Source: an uncultured bacterium (GTDB lineage Bacteria; Margulisbacteria; WOR-1; CAVSGV01). Taken from it: a DNA stretch of 32,000 nt. The notes beneath the pieces were generated by a model. It was not told the DNA's origin, searched no databases, and saw nothing but the letters and a program-made list of their open reading frames with translations. The stretch covers positions 1,500,001-1,532,000 of the forward strand of contig OY969425.1 of the NCBI GenBank assembly GCA_963699255.1, read 5' to 3'. This document shows positions 6,448-14,478 of the stretch, in pieces. Every line of letters starts with the position of its first letter. Position 1 is the first letter of the stretch. The translations under genes and the position numbers were made by a program.

Positions 6448-8865
6448 TTAGGCAGCTACGATATTGACGAGTTTTTTCGGCACATAGATCGTTTTTACGA
6501 TCTTCTTACCCTGGATAAACCGCTTAACTGTTTCACTCTCGGAGGCTTTTGATTTTATGTCTTCCTCGGAGGCATCCGCCGGTACCAGGATATTATCTCT
6601 AAGTTTTCCATTAACCTGAACGACTATCGTTATTTCATTTTCAACTATGAGTTTTGGATCATATTTCGGCCACGGCTGTCTATGGATCGACGGCTTCTCT
6701 CCGATCATCTGCCATAGCTCCTCGGCCATGTGAGGAGCGAAAGGCGCCAGCATCAAAAGGTATCTCTTTGCGAATTCCCTGTTCAACATATAAACGTTAG
6801 CGGCTTCATTCGCCAGGATCATCATCGCGCTGATGGCCGTGTTGAACCTAAGGTTCTCGATATCTTCCCCGACCTTCTTGATCGTCTTGTGCAATAGAGC
6901 CTCCAGCTCCTGACCCTTGTCCCCGGTCCCCAGCTCTTTATCGAACAATCTCCAGACCTTTTCAAGGAACCTGCTTATTCCGATTATCCCCCTTGTTGAC
7001 CACGGCTTTACCATCTCGAGCGGTCCCATGAACATTTCATACATCCTGAAGGCGTCCGCGCCGCTATCAGCTATCACATCATCAGGATTCACGACATTTC
7101 CAAGCGACTTGCTCATCTTCTGTCCGTCTTCGGCAAGTATCAATCCCTGATTTGTCAGCTTCTTAAAGGGCTCGTCATCCGGCACTACGCCGATGTCGTG
7201 GAGGAACATGTACCAGAACCTTGAATATAGAAGATGAAGCACGGCGTGTTCGGCCCCGCCGATGTAATGATCCACCGGCATCCAGTATTTGATCTTATCC
7301 TTGTCGGCGATAGCTTTATTATTTTTCGGATCGATATATCTCAGGAAATACCAGTTCGACCCTGCCCACTGCGGCATCGTGTTCGTTTCCCTTTTTGCCG
7401 GACCCTTGCACTTCGGGCATTTTGTGTTTACCCATTCCTTTATATTGGCAAGAGGGGATTCTCCTGTCCCGGTCGGCTCGTATTTTTTGACATCGGGAAG
7501 CTTCAGGGGCAATTCGGATTCCGGCAGAGGGACGACCCCGCATTTTTCACAGTGCACCACCGGTATCGGCTCTCCCCAGTAGCGCTGGCGCGAGAACACC
7601 CAGTCGCGGAGCTTGTAATTGACGGTTTTCTTTCCGAGGCCTTTCTTTTCAAGGTCTTTTGTTATCTTTTCCTTGAATTCCGGTGTTTTCAGCCCGTTGT
7701 ATGGGCCGGAATTGATAGCAACACCTTCCTCGACATACGCTTCGTTGAGTTCGATCGGGGTCCCGTCCTTTGAAACGACCTGGACTGTCTTGAGCCCGAA
7801 CTTTTTTGCGAACTCAAAATCCCGTTCGTCATGCGCCGGGACCGCCATTATCGCTCCGGTGCCGTAGCTTAATAGCACATAATCGGATATCCACACGGGG
7901 ATCTTTTCATTGTTCACCGGATTGACGACATAGGCGCCGGTGAACACGCCGGACTTTGATTTTAAAAGATGCTCTCTCTCCATGTCGCTTTTCTGGCGCG
8001 ACTTTTCAATATATTCCTGGACTTCGTCAACTCGGTCATCGGTAGATATTTCAAGCACGAGCGGATGTTCCGGCGCGAGGACCATATAGGTCGCGCCAAA
8101 TAACGTGTCGGGCCTTGTGGTGAAAACCCTCAGGACCTCCTTAAAACCGTCGACTTTGAAAGTAACTTCAGCGCCGATGCTTTTGCCGATCCAGTTCCTC
8201 TGCATCAGCTTTATCGGCTCCGGCCAGTCAAGCTTATCCAGCCCTTCAAGGAGCCTGTCGGCAAAATCGGTGATCTTCAGCATCCACTGACGGACGTCTT
8301 TTTTTGTAACGGCAGTCCCGCACCTGTTGCATGCTCCGTCAATGACCTCTTCGTTCGCGAGGCCAGTCTTGCATGAGGGGCACCAGTTGATTGGAACAAC
8401 AGCTTCATATGCGAGGCCTTTTTCGAATAATTTCAGGAATATCCACTGGGTCCATTTGAAATAATCGGGATCAGTCGTGTTGATCTCCCTGTCCCAGTCA
8501 TATGAGAAGCCGAGGCTTTTTATCTGCCTCTTAAAGGTCGCGATGTTATTTTCGGTCGAGATTCTGGGATGAGTGCCGGTTTTTATCGCGTAGTTTTCCG
8601 CCGGCAATCCGAAAGCGTCCCATCCCATCGGGTGGAGGACATTGAACCCCTTCATTCTTTTATATCGGGAAAGAATATCGGACGCTGTATATCCTTCAGG
8701 ATGGCCAACATGGAGCCCCGCGCCGGAAGGATAGGGGAACATGTCGAGGCAGTAGAACCTTTTTTCTTTCGGGAACGCCGGGTCTTCAGCGCATTTATAG
8801 GTTTTGTCTTTGTCCCAGAAGTCCTGCCACTTTTGCTCGATGGTTTTGTGGTTATATTCAGACAT
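6448..8865 (-). CDS. leuS: Leucine--tRNA ligase
   Basis: 805 aa. HIGH motif (HVGHPEGY), KMSKS motif, and CP1 editing-domain context. Confidence 0.95.
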   Translation of the reverse strand: MSEYNHKTIEQKWQDFWDKDKTYKCAEDPAFPKEKRFYCLDMFPYPSGAGLHVGHPEGYTASDILSRYKRMKGFNVLHPMGWDAFGLPAENYAIKTGTHPRISTENNIATFKRQIKSLGFSYDWDREINTTDPDYFKWTQWIFLKLFEKGLAYEAVVPINWCPSCKTGLANEEVIDGACNRCGTAVTKKDVRQWMLKITDFADRLLEGLDKLDWPEPIKLMQRNWIGKSIGAEVTFKVDGFKEVLRVFTTRPDTLFGATYMVLAPEHPLVLEISTDDRVDEVQEYIEKSRQKSDMEREHLLKSKSGVFTGAYVVNPVNNEKIPVWISDYVLLSYGTGAIMAVPAHDERDFEFAKKFGLKTVQVVSKDGTPIELNEAYVEEGVAINSGPYNGLKTPEFKEKITKDLEKKGLGKKTVNYKLRDWVFSRQRYWGEPIPVVHCEKCGVVPLPESELPLKLPDVKKYEPTGTGESPLANIKEWVNTKCPKCKGPAKRETNTMPQWAGSNWYFLRYIDPKNNKAIADKDKIKYWMPVDHYIGGAEHAVLHLLYSRFWYMFLHDIGVVPDDEPFKKLTNQGLILAEDGQKMSKSLGNVVNPDDVIADSGADAFRMYEMFMGPLEMVKPWSTRGIIGISRFLEKVWRLFDKELGTGDKGQELEALLHKTIKKVGEDIENLRFNTAISAMMILANEAANVYMLNREFAKRYLLMLAPFAPHMAEELWQMIGEKPSIHRQPWPKYDPKLIVENEITIVVQVNGKLRDNILVPADASEEDIKSKASESETVKRFIQGKKIVKTIYVPKKLVNIVAA

Positions 8866-8885
8866 AACTAACGTATTTTAGCAAA

Positions 8886-9058
8886 AGAATGACAAATGAC
8901 CAATGTCAAATGTCAAATTAATGCCCAATGACCAAATCTCAATTGGGTATTGGGAATTGGGATTTTATTTGTCATTTGTCCCGCTACCTTATTATTAATA
9001 TCAAATATGTTGCGGGATCCCGCGGAGCGGGATAATTTGACATTGGGAATGGGAATTG
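8886..9058. repeat. Simple-word (CAATG/ATTGGG) dyad tract plus GCGGGATCCCGC palindrome
   Basis: gacaaatgac (8891-8900) is exactly complementary to gtcatttgtc (8971-8980), flanking cccaat/attggg words. GCGGGATCCCGC lies at about 9011-9022, followed by a second GCGGGAT. More ttgggaat words follow to 9058. Confidence 0.7.
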
Positions 9059-9061
9059 CCG

Positions 9062-9631
9062 TCAGGCTTTAGTGCTGAAGCTTGAGGAATCCCATTTCGG
9101 CGGTTCTTTCGGGTAAGCTATTTTTCCATTCAGCATGTCCCTTATCATACCGGAGAGTTTTGTCATTTCATCTGGAGCGGATTCAGCCAGACCGGGCTTC
9201 TCAGGGCTGAGATACATCTGCTCAACAAAACTTTCATCCACTATCCTGATAGGCACCTGAATTATTTCCTCCTTATCCACTTCCCATGCCATAAGGACAG
9301 GATTGTACCTGTCAGCCAGGCCGATAATGAAATGGTACCTCTGATTGTGTGAAAGGTCCTGCTTTGACGGGAAAGGAAGGCTTTTGGGATGGCTGTGATA
9401 AACACCATAATACTCAAGGTTATATTTTGCCAAAAAGCGGTAGCCTCTGTCAATATCATCGGCGGTCATCCCGAAATTATTAGTTCTGTCATACAGATAT
9501 TGATTGAACACCGGGAGCACCCCGAGGATCACATCCTCTCTTCCGCCAAGTATCCCGCCTGCCTCCTGAGGGTAACACGCCTGAGCCTGGTGCATTATAA
9601 GGTCGAACTGTCTTTTGGTTATAGTGAACAT
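9062..9631 (-). CDS. JAMM/MPN+ family metallopeptidase-like protein
   Basis: An upstream Glu (PQEAGGILGG) and a complete JAMM motif H.H.(7)S..D as HSHPKSLPFPSKQD. A C-terminal extension of about 60 aa has no motif I recognise. Confidence 0.75.
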   Translation of the reverse strand: MFTITKRQFDLIMHQAQACYPQEAGGILGGREDVILGVLPVFNQYLYDRTNNFGMTADDIDRGYRFLAKYNLEYYGVYHSHPKSLPFPSKQDLSHNQRYHFIIGLADRYNPVLMAWEVDKEEIIQVPIRIVDESFVEQMYLSPEKPGLAESAPDEMTKLSGMIRDMLNGKIAYPKEPPKWDSSSFSTKA

Positions 9632-9682
9632 CTTAGATGATTATATCATTCGGAACTTGTTTCGGAATCTGTTCTTTCAATA

Positions 9683-9691
9683 TGATATAAT
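9683..9691 (+). promoter_or_regulatory. Candidate extended -10 promoter element (TGaTATAAT) for lysC
   Basis: TGATATAAT ends 9 nt before the lysC ATG, and there is no SD. This implies a leaderless or near-leaderless transcript. The -35 is weak. Confidence 0.35.
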
Positions 9692-9700
9692 CACTGAACT

Positions 9701-10918
9701 ATGCCATTAGTTGTACAGAAATACGGCGGAACATCGGTTAGCTCGGCCGAGCGTATAAAGAGCGTCGCGGCCAGGGTCACCGCGACCAAGGCGGCCGGCA
9801 ATGATGTTGTCGTGGTCGTTTCCGCGATGGGCGACACGACGGACGAGCTTATAGGCCTGCTCCATCAGGTAACGGATAACCCCGACCCGAGGGAGTATGA
9901 TATGCTACTTTCGACGGGAGAGCAGGTTTCCGCCGCGCTCGTCACAATGGCGATCCATTCTCTCGGCTTTAAAGCCGTATCGTTAACGGGGTGGCAGGCC
10001 GGCATTCAAACGGAAGACATTCCGTCCAAGGCGCGCATCACCCACATAAAACTGGACAGGATCCAGAAGGAGCTGGGCAGCGGCAGGATCGTTGTGGTGA
10101 CCGGTTTCCAGGGAATAGACAGCCACGGTGATATTACCACGATCGGTAGAGGCGGTTCCGATACTTCCGCCGTGGTCATCGCGTCGGCGCTGAAGGCGGA
10201 CGTTTGCGAAATATATACCGATGTTGACGGCGTTTATACGGCGGATCCCAGGATAGTCAAGGACGCCAAAAAACTGGCATTTATTTCATATGATGAGATG
10301 CTTGAGCTTGCGAGCCTGGGCGCGCAGGTGCTTCACCCGAGGAGCGTTGAATGCGCGAAGAACTACGGCCTTGTGATACATCTCCGCTCGAGCCTGTCCG
10401 ATGTTGAGGGAACTTATATAAAGGAGGTATCTTCAATGGAGAAGAAAGATGTCGTATCAGGGGTGGCCATCGACACGAATATCGCGAAAGTGGGTATCCT
10501 GAAGATCCCCGATAAGCCCGGCATAGCTGCAAAGCTCTTCAATGCTCTGGGGAATGAAAAAATAAACGTCGACATGATCATTCAGAGCATTCATTCTTCC
10601 GGCTTATTGGCGGATATGGCGTTCACGGTCTCAAAACCCGACATGAAAAAGGCGGTTGAGGTAACGAAAAGAGTGGCAGCCGAACTCGGGGCCGAAGGAG
10701 TGATCTCCGATGACAATGTCGCCAAGGTATCTATAGTAGGCGTCGGGATGATCTCTAAACCCGGGGTCGCGGGGACCATGTTCGATGTCCTGGGAAGGAA
10801 CGGCGTCAACATAGAGATGATAAGCACTTCCGAGATCAAGATATCCTGCGTCGTTAAAGCGGACCAGGCCAAAAAAGCGATGGAAGTCATCCACAAGGAA
10901 TTTAATTTAGGCAAATAA
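9701..10918 (+). CDS. lysC: Aspartate kinase (monofunctional, two C-terminal ACT domains)
   Basis: VVQKYGGTSV N-terminus, amino-acid kinase fold motifs, and an ACT pair at the C-terminus. Confidence 0.95.
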   Translation: MPLVVQKYGGTSVSSAERIKSVAARVTATKAAGNDVVVVVSAMGDTTDELIGLLHQVTDNPDPREYDMLLSTGEQVSAALVTMAIHSLGFKAVSLTGWQAGIQTEDIPSKARITHIKLDRIQKELGSGRIVVVTGFQGIDSHGDITTIGRGGSDTSAVVIASALKADVCEIYTDVDGVYTADPRIVKDAKKLAFISYDEMLELASLGAQVLHPRSVECAKNYGLVIHLRSSLSDVEGTYIKEVSSMEKKDVVSGVAIDTNIAKVGILKIPDKPGIAAKLFNALGNEKINVDMIIQSIHSSGLLADMAFTVSKPDMKKAVEVTKRVAAELGAEGVISDDNVAKVSIVGVGMISKPGVAGTMFDVLGRNGVNIEMISTSEIKISCVVKADQAKKAMEVIHKEFNLGK

Positions 10919-10919
10919 C

Positions 10920-11534
10920 TTGATACTCAAACTCACCGGCCTTGCCGTTTTTTCCTACCTTCTTGGTTCATTCCCGTCGGCTTATGTTGCCGCAAAGATA
11001 AAAAAAGGAATAGACATAAGGCGGTACGGGAGCGGCAACGTGGGCGCCACAAATGTCCTGCTTGTTGTCGGCCCGATCTTTGCGGTCCTTGTTTACCTTA
11101 TCGATGTCCTGAAAGGCTTGACACCTGTGCTTTTGGCGAGGAACATCATCGGTACGGACCTTTCGATGGGGCTCGCGGGGCTAGCGGCGATCCTGGGACA
11201 CGATTTTTCGATATTCCTTGGATTTTCCGGCGGCAAGGGAGTTGCCACCACAACGGGGGTAATGTTCGGGATCAATTTGTTCATCATATCGATCATTATC
11301 CTTTCCTGGATCGTTTTTGTCGGAATAATCGATAGCTTTATTTTAAGCTCTCTGCTCTGCATGCTGTTAATTCCGATCCTGATCTGTGCCTTTAAGCTTT
11401 CGAACACTTATTTGATCTTTGGTGTTTTGTATTTCCTGGCGGGCTTGTTTACACACAGGGAAGATATTGTTAGAATATTCAGCGGTAAAGGGAAAAAAGC
11501 GTTACCTTCGATCAAAAAATATTTTAGCCGTTGA
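10920..11534 (+). CDS. plsY: Glycerol-3-phosphate acyltransferase PlsY
   Basis: 204 aa membrane protein with the GSGNVGATNV motif. TTG start 1 nt after the lysC stop. Confidence 0.9.
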   Translation: MILKLTGLAVFSYLLGSFPSAYVAAKIKKGIDIRRYGSGNVGATNVLLVVGPIFAVLVYLIDVLKGLTPVLLARNIIGTDLSMGLAGLAAILGHDFSIFLGFSGGKGVATTTGVMFGINLFIISIIILSWIVFVGIIDSFILSSLLCMLLIPILICAFKLSNTYLIFGVLYFLAGLFTHREDIVRIFSGKGKKALPSIKKYFSR

Positions 11535-11560
11535 ACATTGAAATTCAGTTGTTACTTTTT

Positions 11561-11772
11561 ATCGGGGCGTGATGTTTGTTAGTTGGGGTTTGTGGAGTTC
11601 GTGGCTGTTTTTTGATCGCAATAAGGTTTATCCCCCTTTCATCGGGGCGTGGCCCAGCTTGGTCTAAGGCGCCGACTCGAGAATCGTGTTTGCTGATGCA
11701 TTATATAAATGTTAATGTAGAACACAATTCTCTCGCTTTGGGACGTGGAGATCGTGAATCTGTGGTTTGTCT
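11561..11772 (+). pseudogene. Two decayed tRNA-Pro-derived units upstream of the intact gene
   Basis: Unit 2 (11641-11772) begins with 33 nt identical to 11774-11806 of the intact gene region. It then diverges and ends in tttgggacgtggagatcgtgaatctgtgg, against tttggggtagtggaggtcgtgggttc in the intact gene. Unit 1 (11561-11619) keeps atcggggcgtg and ttggggtttgtggagttcgtgg. Neither has a 3' acceptor strand. Confidence 0.65.
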
Positions 11773-11775
11773 GAT

Positions 11776-11851
11776 CGGGGCGTGGCCCAGCTTGGTCTAA
11801 GGCGCCACTTTGGGGTAGTGGAGGTCGTGGGTTCAAATCCCGCCGCCCCGA
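11776..11851 (+). tRNA. tRNA-Pro (anticodon GGG)
   Basis: Hand-folded cloverleaf. Acceptor CGGGGCG/CGCCCCG, anticodon stem CCACT/AGTGG, loop TTGGGGT (GGG at positions 34-36, G37), T arm GTGGG-TTCAAAT-CCCGC, discriminator A. CCA is not encoded. Confidence 0.9.
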
Positions 11852-11907
11852 TCAGACAATATCTAATTTAGGGTAGAGAGTGCACGAGCCGTTTTTGATT
11901 TTTTCGA

Positions 11908-11935
11908 TTGACTTTCGGCCGATTCTTGCTAATAT
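11908..11935 (+). promoter_or_regulatory. Candidate sigma-70 promoter (TTGACT-N16-TAATAT) for the M23 peptidase gene
   Basis: Hexamers read directly from the sequence. It lies about 10 nt upstream of the ATG at 11945. Confidence 0.45.
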
Positions 11936-11944
11936 ATCCACAAA

Positions 11945-12865
11945 ATGGCCAGAGAAATTACCTTTATGATAGTGCCTCACAACTCCACGAAGGGGGTTGT
12001 GAACTTCAAGCTGAGAGAGTGGCTTGTTTACACCATTCTTGCCGTCTTTTTCGTTTCCATAATCCTGGTCGGCTCCTCCATAGTATATTCGTCGATGATG
12101 ACAAGGAAGCTGATCCATTACCGGCTGATGCTGCAGGTCAATGAGGAACAAAAGAACAGGATAGATTACTTCTCCGGGGAAGTGAACCAGGTGAAGAAAG
12201 CGCTGAAAGAGCTTGTTGACAGGGACTCGGAGCTTCGCAGGCTTCTCGGCCTCAAGCTGAAGGACAATAAGAACCTGAACCAGATACTGGTGGCCACAAA
12301 GAATTTCCCACAAATTTCCCTGCTTGATAATACGACGAACTACAAGATAGATAAGATCACCAACGAGCTTTCATACCTTAACGAAAGCGTTAAGCAATCC
12401 AGCGAGAGCCTTAAGACCCTTCACCAGACGGCGACTTTCTTGAAAAGCAGGTTCGCGGTCACGCCGTCCATATGGCCCATTTACGGAAGGATAGTTTCCG
12501 GTTTTGGATACAGGTATTTCCCATGGAGGGGTATGCACACGGGCATAGATATCTCCGCGCTGTACGGCAATCCCGTGAGAGTTACCGCGAACGGGGTGGT
12601 TTCTTATGCCGGATGGAAAGGCGGTTACGGCAAGACGGTCATAGTGGACCATGGGTATGGCCTCCAGACGCTTTACGGCCACAACTCGAAGATTCTGGTT
12701 TCCGTGGGACAGAGGGTAGTGAAGGGGCAGATAATTTCGAACATTGGCGCTACGGGATTTGCGACAGGTCCGCATTGCCACTACGAGATAAGGAAGAACA
12801 ACTACGCTGTAAGCCCCATGAGGTACCTGAACCTGGATGTGTTTACCGCGAACAGGGTCTGGTAG
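11945..12865 (+). CDS. M23/LytM family peptidoglycan endopeptidase with N-terminal membrane anchor and coiled coil
   Basis: HTGIDI and DHGYGLQTLYGHNS...GPHCHYEI M23 zinc-site motifs. N-terminal TM segment (LVYTILAVFFVSIILVGSSIV). Confidence 0.9.
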   Translation: MAREITFMIVPHNSTKGVVNFKLREWLVYTILAVFFVSIILVGSSIVYSSMMTRKLIHYRLMLQVNEEQKNRIDYFSGEVNQVKKALKELVDRDSELRRLLGLKLKDNKNLNQILVATKNFPQISLLDNTTNYKIDKITNELSYLNESVKQSSESLKTLHQTATFLKSRFAVTPSIWPIYGRIVSGFGYRYFPWRGMHTGIDISALYGNPVRVTANGVVSYAGWKGGYGKTVIVDHGYGLQTLYGHNSKILVSVGQRVVKGQIISNIGATGFATGPHCHYEIRKNNYAVSPMRYLNLDVFTANRVW

Positions 12866-12867
12866 TA

Positions 12868-12980
12868 AGCAAATTAACAATTAACAATGACACAATGAAC
12901 AATGATGGAAGAATTATTGTATAATTGCTTTATTGTTTTGAATTGTTAATTGAGAAATTGGTCATTGTGTAATTTTTTAT
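12868..12980. repeat. Simple-word tract (aattaacaat/acaatga words followed by attgtt/cattgtg words)
   Basis: A G-poor half is followed by a C-poor half built from complementary words. It contains gtcattgtgtaatt (12961-12974), which recurs at 19833-19846. Confidence 0.65.
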
Positions 12981-12993
12981 AGGGGGTTTTTTT

Positions 12994-13368
12994 ATGGGTA
13001 TTCTAGGGACCAGAAAAAAAGCGTCTGATTATGTGGGGATCAATTCCGTTATCGGGGATGACACCCAGATAAAAGGGGAGATCGTCACTAAAGGATCGAT
13101 CAGAATGGGCGGGGAATTTGAGGGAAAGATCCAGGCTCGCGGCGACGTTCTTATAGGTGAAGGCAGCCGGGTCACGGGCACAGTTGCGGGAGCCAAGGTC
13201 ATCGTGTCCGGAGATGTTAACGGGAATATTACCGCGACCGGCGGGCTTGAGATCACAAAGAAGGGGAAGGTATTCGGCGACATAGTAAGCGATAAGCTGA
13301 TAGTTGATGAAGGGGCGATATATAAAGGAAAAGTGACGCTGGAATCTTCCGCCTCCAAGAAAGAATGA
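12994..13368 (+). CDS. Bactofilin (polymer-forming cytoskeletal protein, DUF583)
   Basis: 124 aa of beta-helical repeat sequence (G.I...G.V.G.V....V.V...G.V.G.I), typical of bactofilins. Confidence 0.88.
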   Translation: MGILGTRKKASDYVGINSVIGDDTQIKGEIVTKGSIRMGGEFEGKIQARGDVLIGEGSRVTGTVAGAKVIVSGDVNGNITATGGLEITKKGKVFGDIVSDKLIVDEGAIYKGKVTLESSASKKE

Positions 13369-13403
13369 TCCTCCCAAGCAGCGCTGGCGAAGGAGAATAA
13401 CGA

Positions 13404-14222
13404 TTGGCCGGCTGTCTTTTCATAGTCGGGACTCCCATAGGCAACACCCGGGACATAACGATCCGTGCTATCGAAACATTAAAATCAGTGGGTCTGATCG
13501 CCTGTGAAGATACGCGCCACACAAAGATCCTGCTTGATAGATACGGGATCAAAACTCCAACTACTTCATACCATAAGTTCAATACAAAGACGAAGACGTC
13601 ATACATCATCAACAAGATCAAGGCGGGCATGGATGTAGCTTTGGTTTCCGATGCCGGAATGCCCGGGATTTCCGATCCCGGACAGGAACTTGTGAGTTCG
13701 GCGGCACTGGAAAACATCAAGATCGAAGCAGTACCTGGCGCTTCGGCGCTGATCTGTGCCCTTTCGATTTCCGGCCTCAGAACGGACAGGTTCACTTTTG
13801 AGGGATTCCTGCCGGTAAAACCATCAAGCAGAAAGGAGCTTCTGCAGGCTCTGGCGAAAGAAGAGCGGACCATTACATTATATGAAGCTCCCCACAGGCT
13901 CCTTAAGACCCTGGAAGAGATAAAAGACCATTGCGGCGACAGGAACATCTGCGTCGCGAGGGAGCTGACGAAGAAGTTCGAGGAAGTGACAAGGGGCAGA
14001 ATATCGGAGCTGATAAAAAGGTTCTCCTCTTCAAAGCCGAGAGGCGAGTTCGTGCTGGTCATTGAGGGCGGGAAGGCGGCAAAGGAAGTAAAAGTGGACC
14101 CGGAGAAATTGGTGGCTGACCTGATCGCCTCGGGGGTGCCGAAGAGCAATGCCGTCAAAATAGTGGCGAACAGGCTGAAAGTCCCGAAAAACGAGCTTTA
14201 CAGAACAACGCTCAAAGCTTAA
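13404..14222 (+). CDS. rsmI: 16S rRNA (cytidine1402-2'-O)-methyltransferase
   Basis: LFIVGTPIGN..DIT.RA...L......ACEDTRHT N-terminal signature, tetrapyrrole-methylase fold. Confidence 0.92.
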   Translation: MAGCLFIVGTPIGNTRDITIRAIETLKSVGLIACEDTRHTKILLDRYGIKTPTTSYHKFNTKTKTSYIINKIKAGMDVALVSDAGMPGISDPGQELVSSAALENIKIEAVPGASALICALSISGLRTDRFTFEGFLPVKPSSRKELLQALAKEERTITLYEAPHRLLKTLEEIKDHCGDRNICVARELTKKFEEVTRGRISELIKRFSSSKPRGEFVLVIEGGKAAKEVKVDPEKLVADLIASGVPKSNAVKIVANRLKVPKNELYRTTLKA

Positions 14223-14231
14223 AATCAACAC

Positions 14232-14456
14232 ATGCTGGCAATAGATAGCATCGGAAAATCTTTAATATTATTCGGGATAGTATTGATCGTGATCGGCTCT
14301 ATCTTCGTCCTGTTCGGCAAGATACCCTGGTTCGGAAGGCTTCCCGGGGATATCATCATAAAAAGGGAAGGGTACACCATCTATTTCCCGCTTGTGACAA
14401 TGATCCTTCTTTCGGCGGCGCTCACGATTTTATTCAATATTATCGGTCGAAGATGA
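14232..14456 (+). CDS. DUF2905 family small membrane protein
   Basis: 74 aa with the GRLPGDIIIKREGYTIYFPLVTMILLS signature. Confidence 0.8.
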   Translation: MLAIDSIGKSLILFGIVLIVIGSIFVLFGKIPWFGRLPGDIIIKREGYTIYFPLVTMILLSAALTILFNIIGRR

Positions 14457-14478
14457 GGATAAAGGATAAGGGAGAGGC

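Noticed and set aside
8886-9058. The word-repeat tracts (also 2230-2362 and 12868-12980) looked superficially like a small CRISPR array
   Set aside because: There are no constant-length direct repeats separated by unique spacers. The units are 5-8 nt words with dyad symmetry, and there are no cas genes in the window.
11561-11620. GGGGCGTGA... start resembling the 5' end of tmRNA
   Set aside because: There is no tag reading frame, no pseudoknot-rich body and no tRNA-Ala-like 3' end. The similarity is explained by descent from the adjacent tRNA-Pro.
11641-11772. Possibility that tRNA-like unit 2 is an intron-containing tRNA gene
   Set aside because: There is no 3' acceptor strand complementary to CGGGGCG, and the T-arm remnant does not fold. 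The ~70-nt insert is far shorter than bacterial group I tRNA introns and shows no P-helix pattern I can recognise. A decayed duplicate is the better explanation.
13253-14158. 301-aa minus-strand ORF antisense to rsmI, and the 124/109-aa ORFs antisense to bactofilin
   Set aside because: These are shadow frames of confidently assigned plus-strand genes, Ser/Pro/Phe-rich and without motifs.
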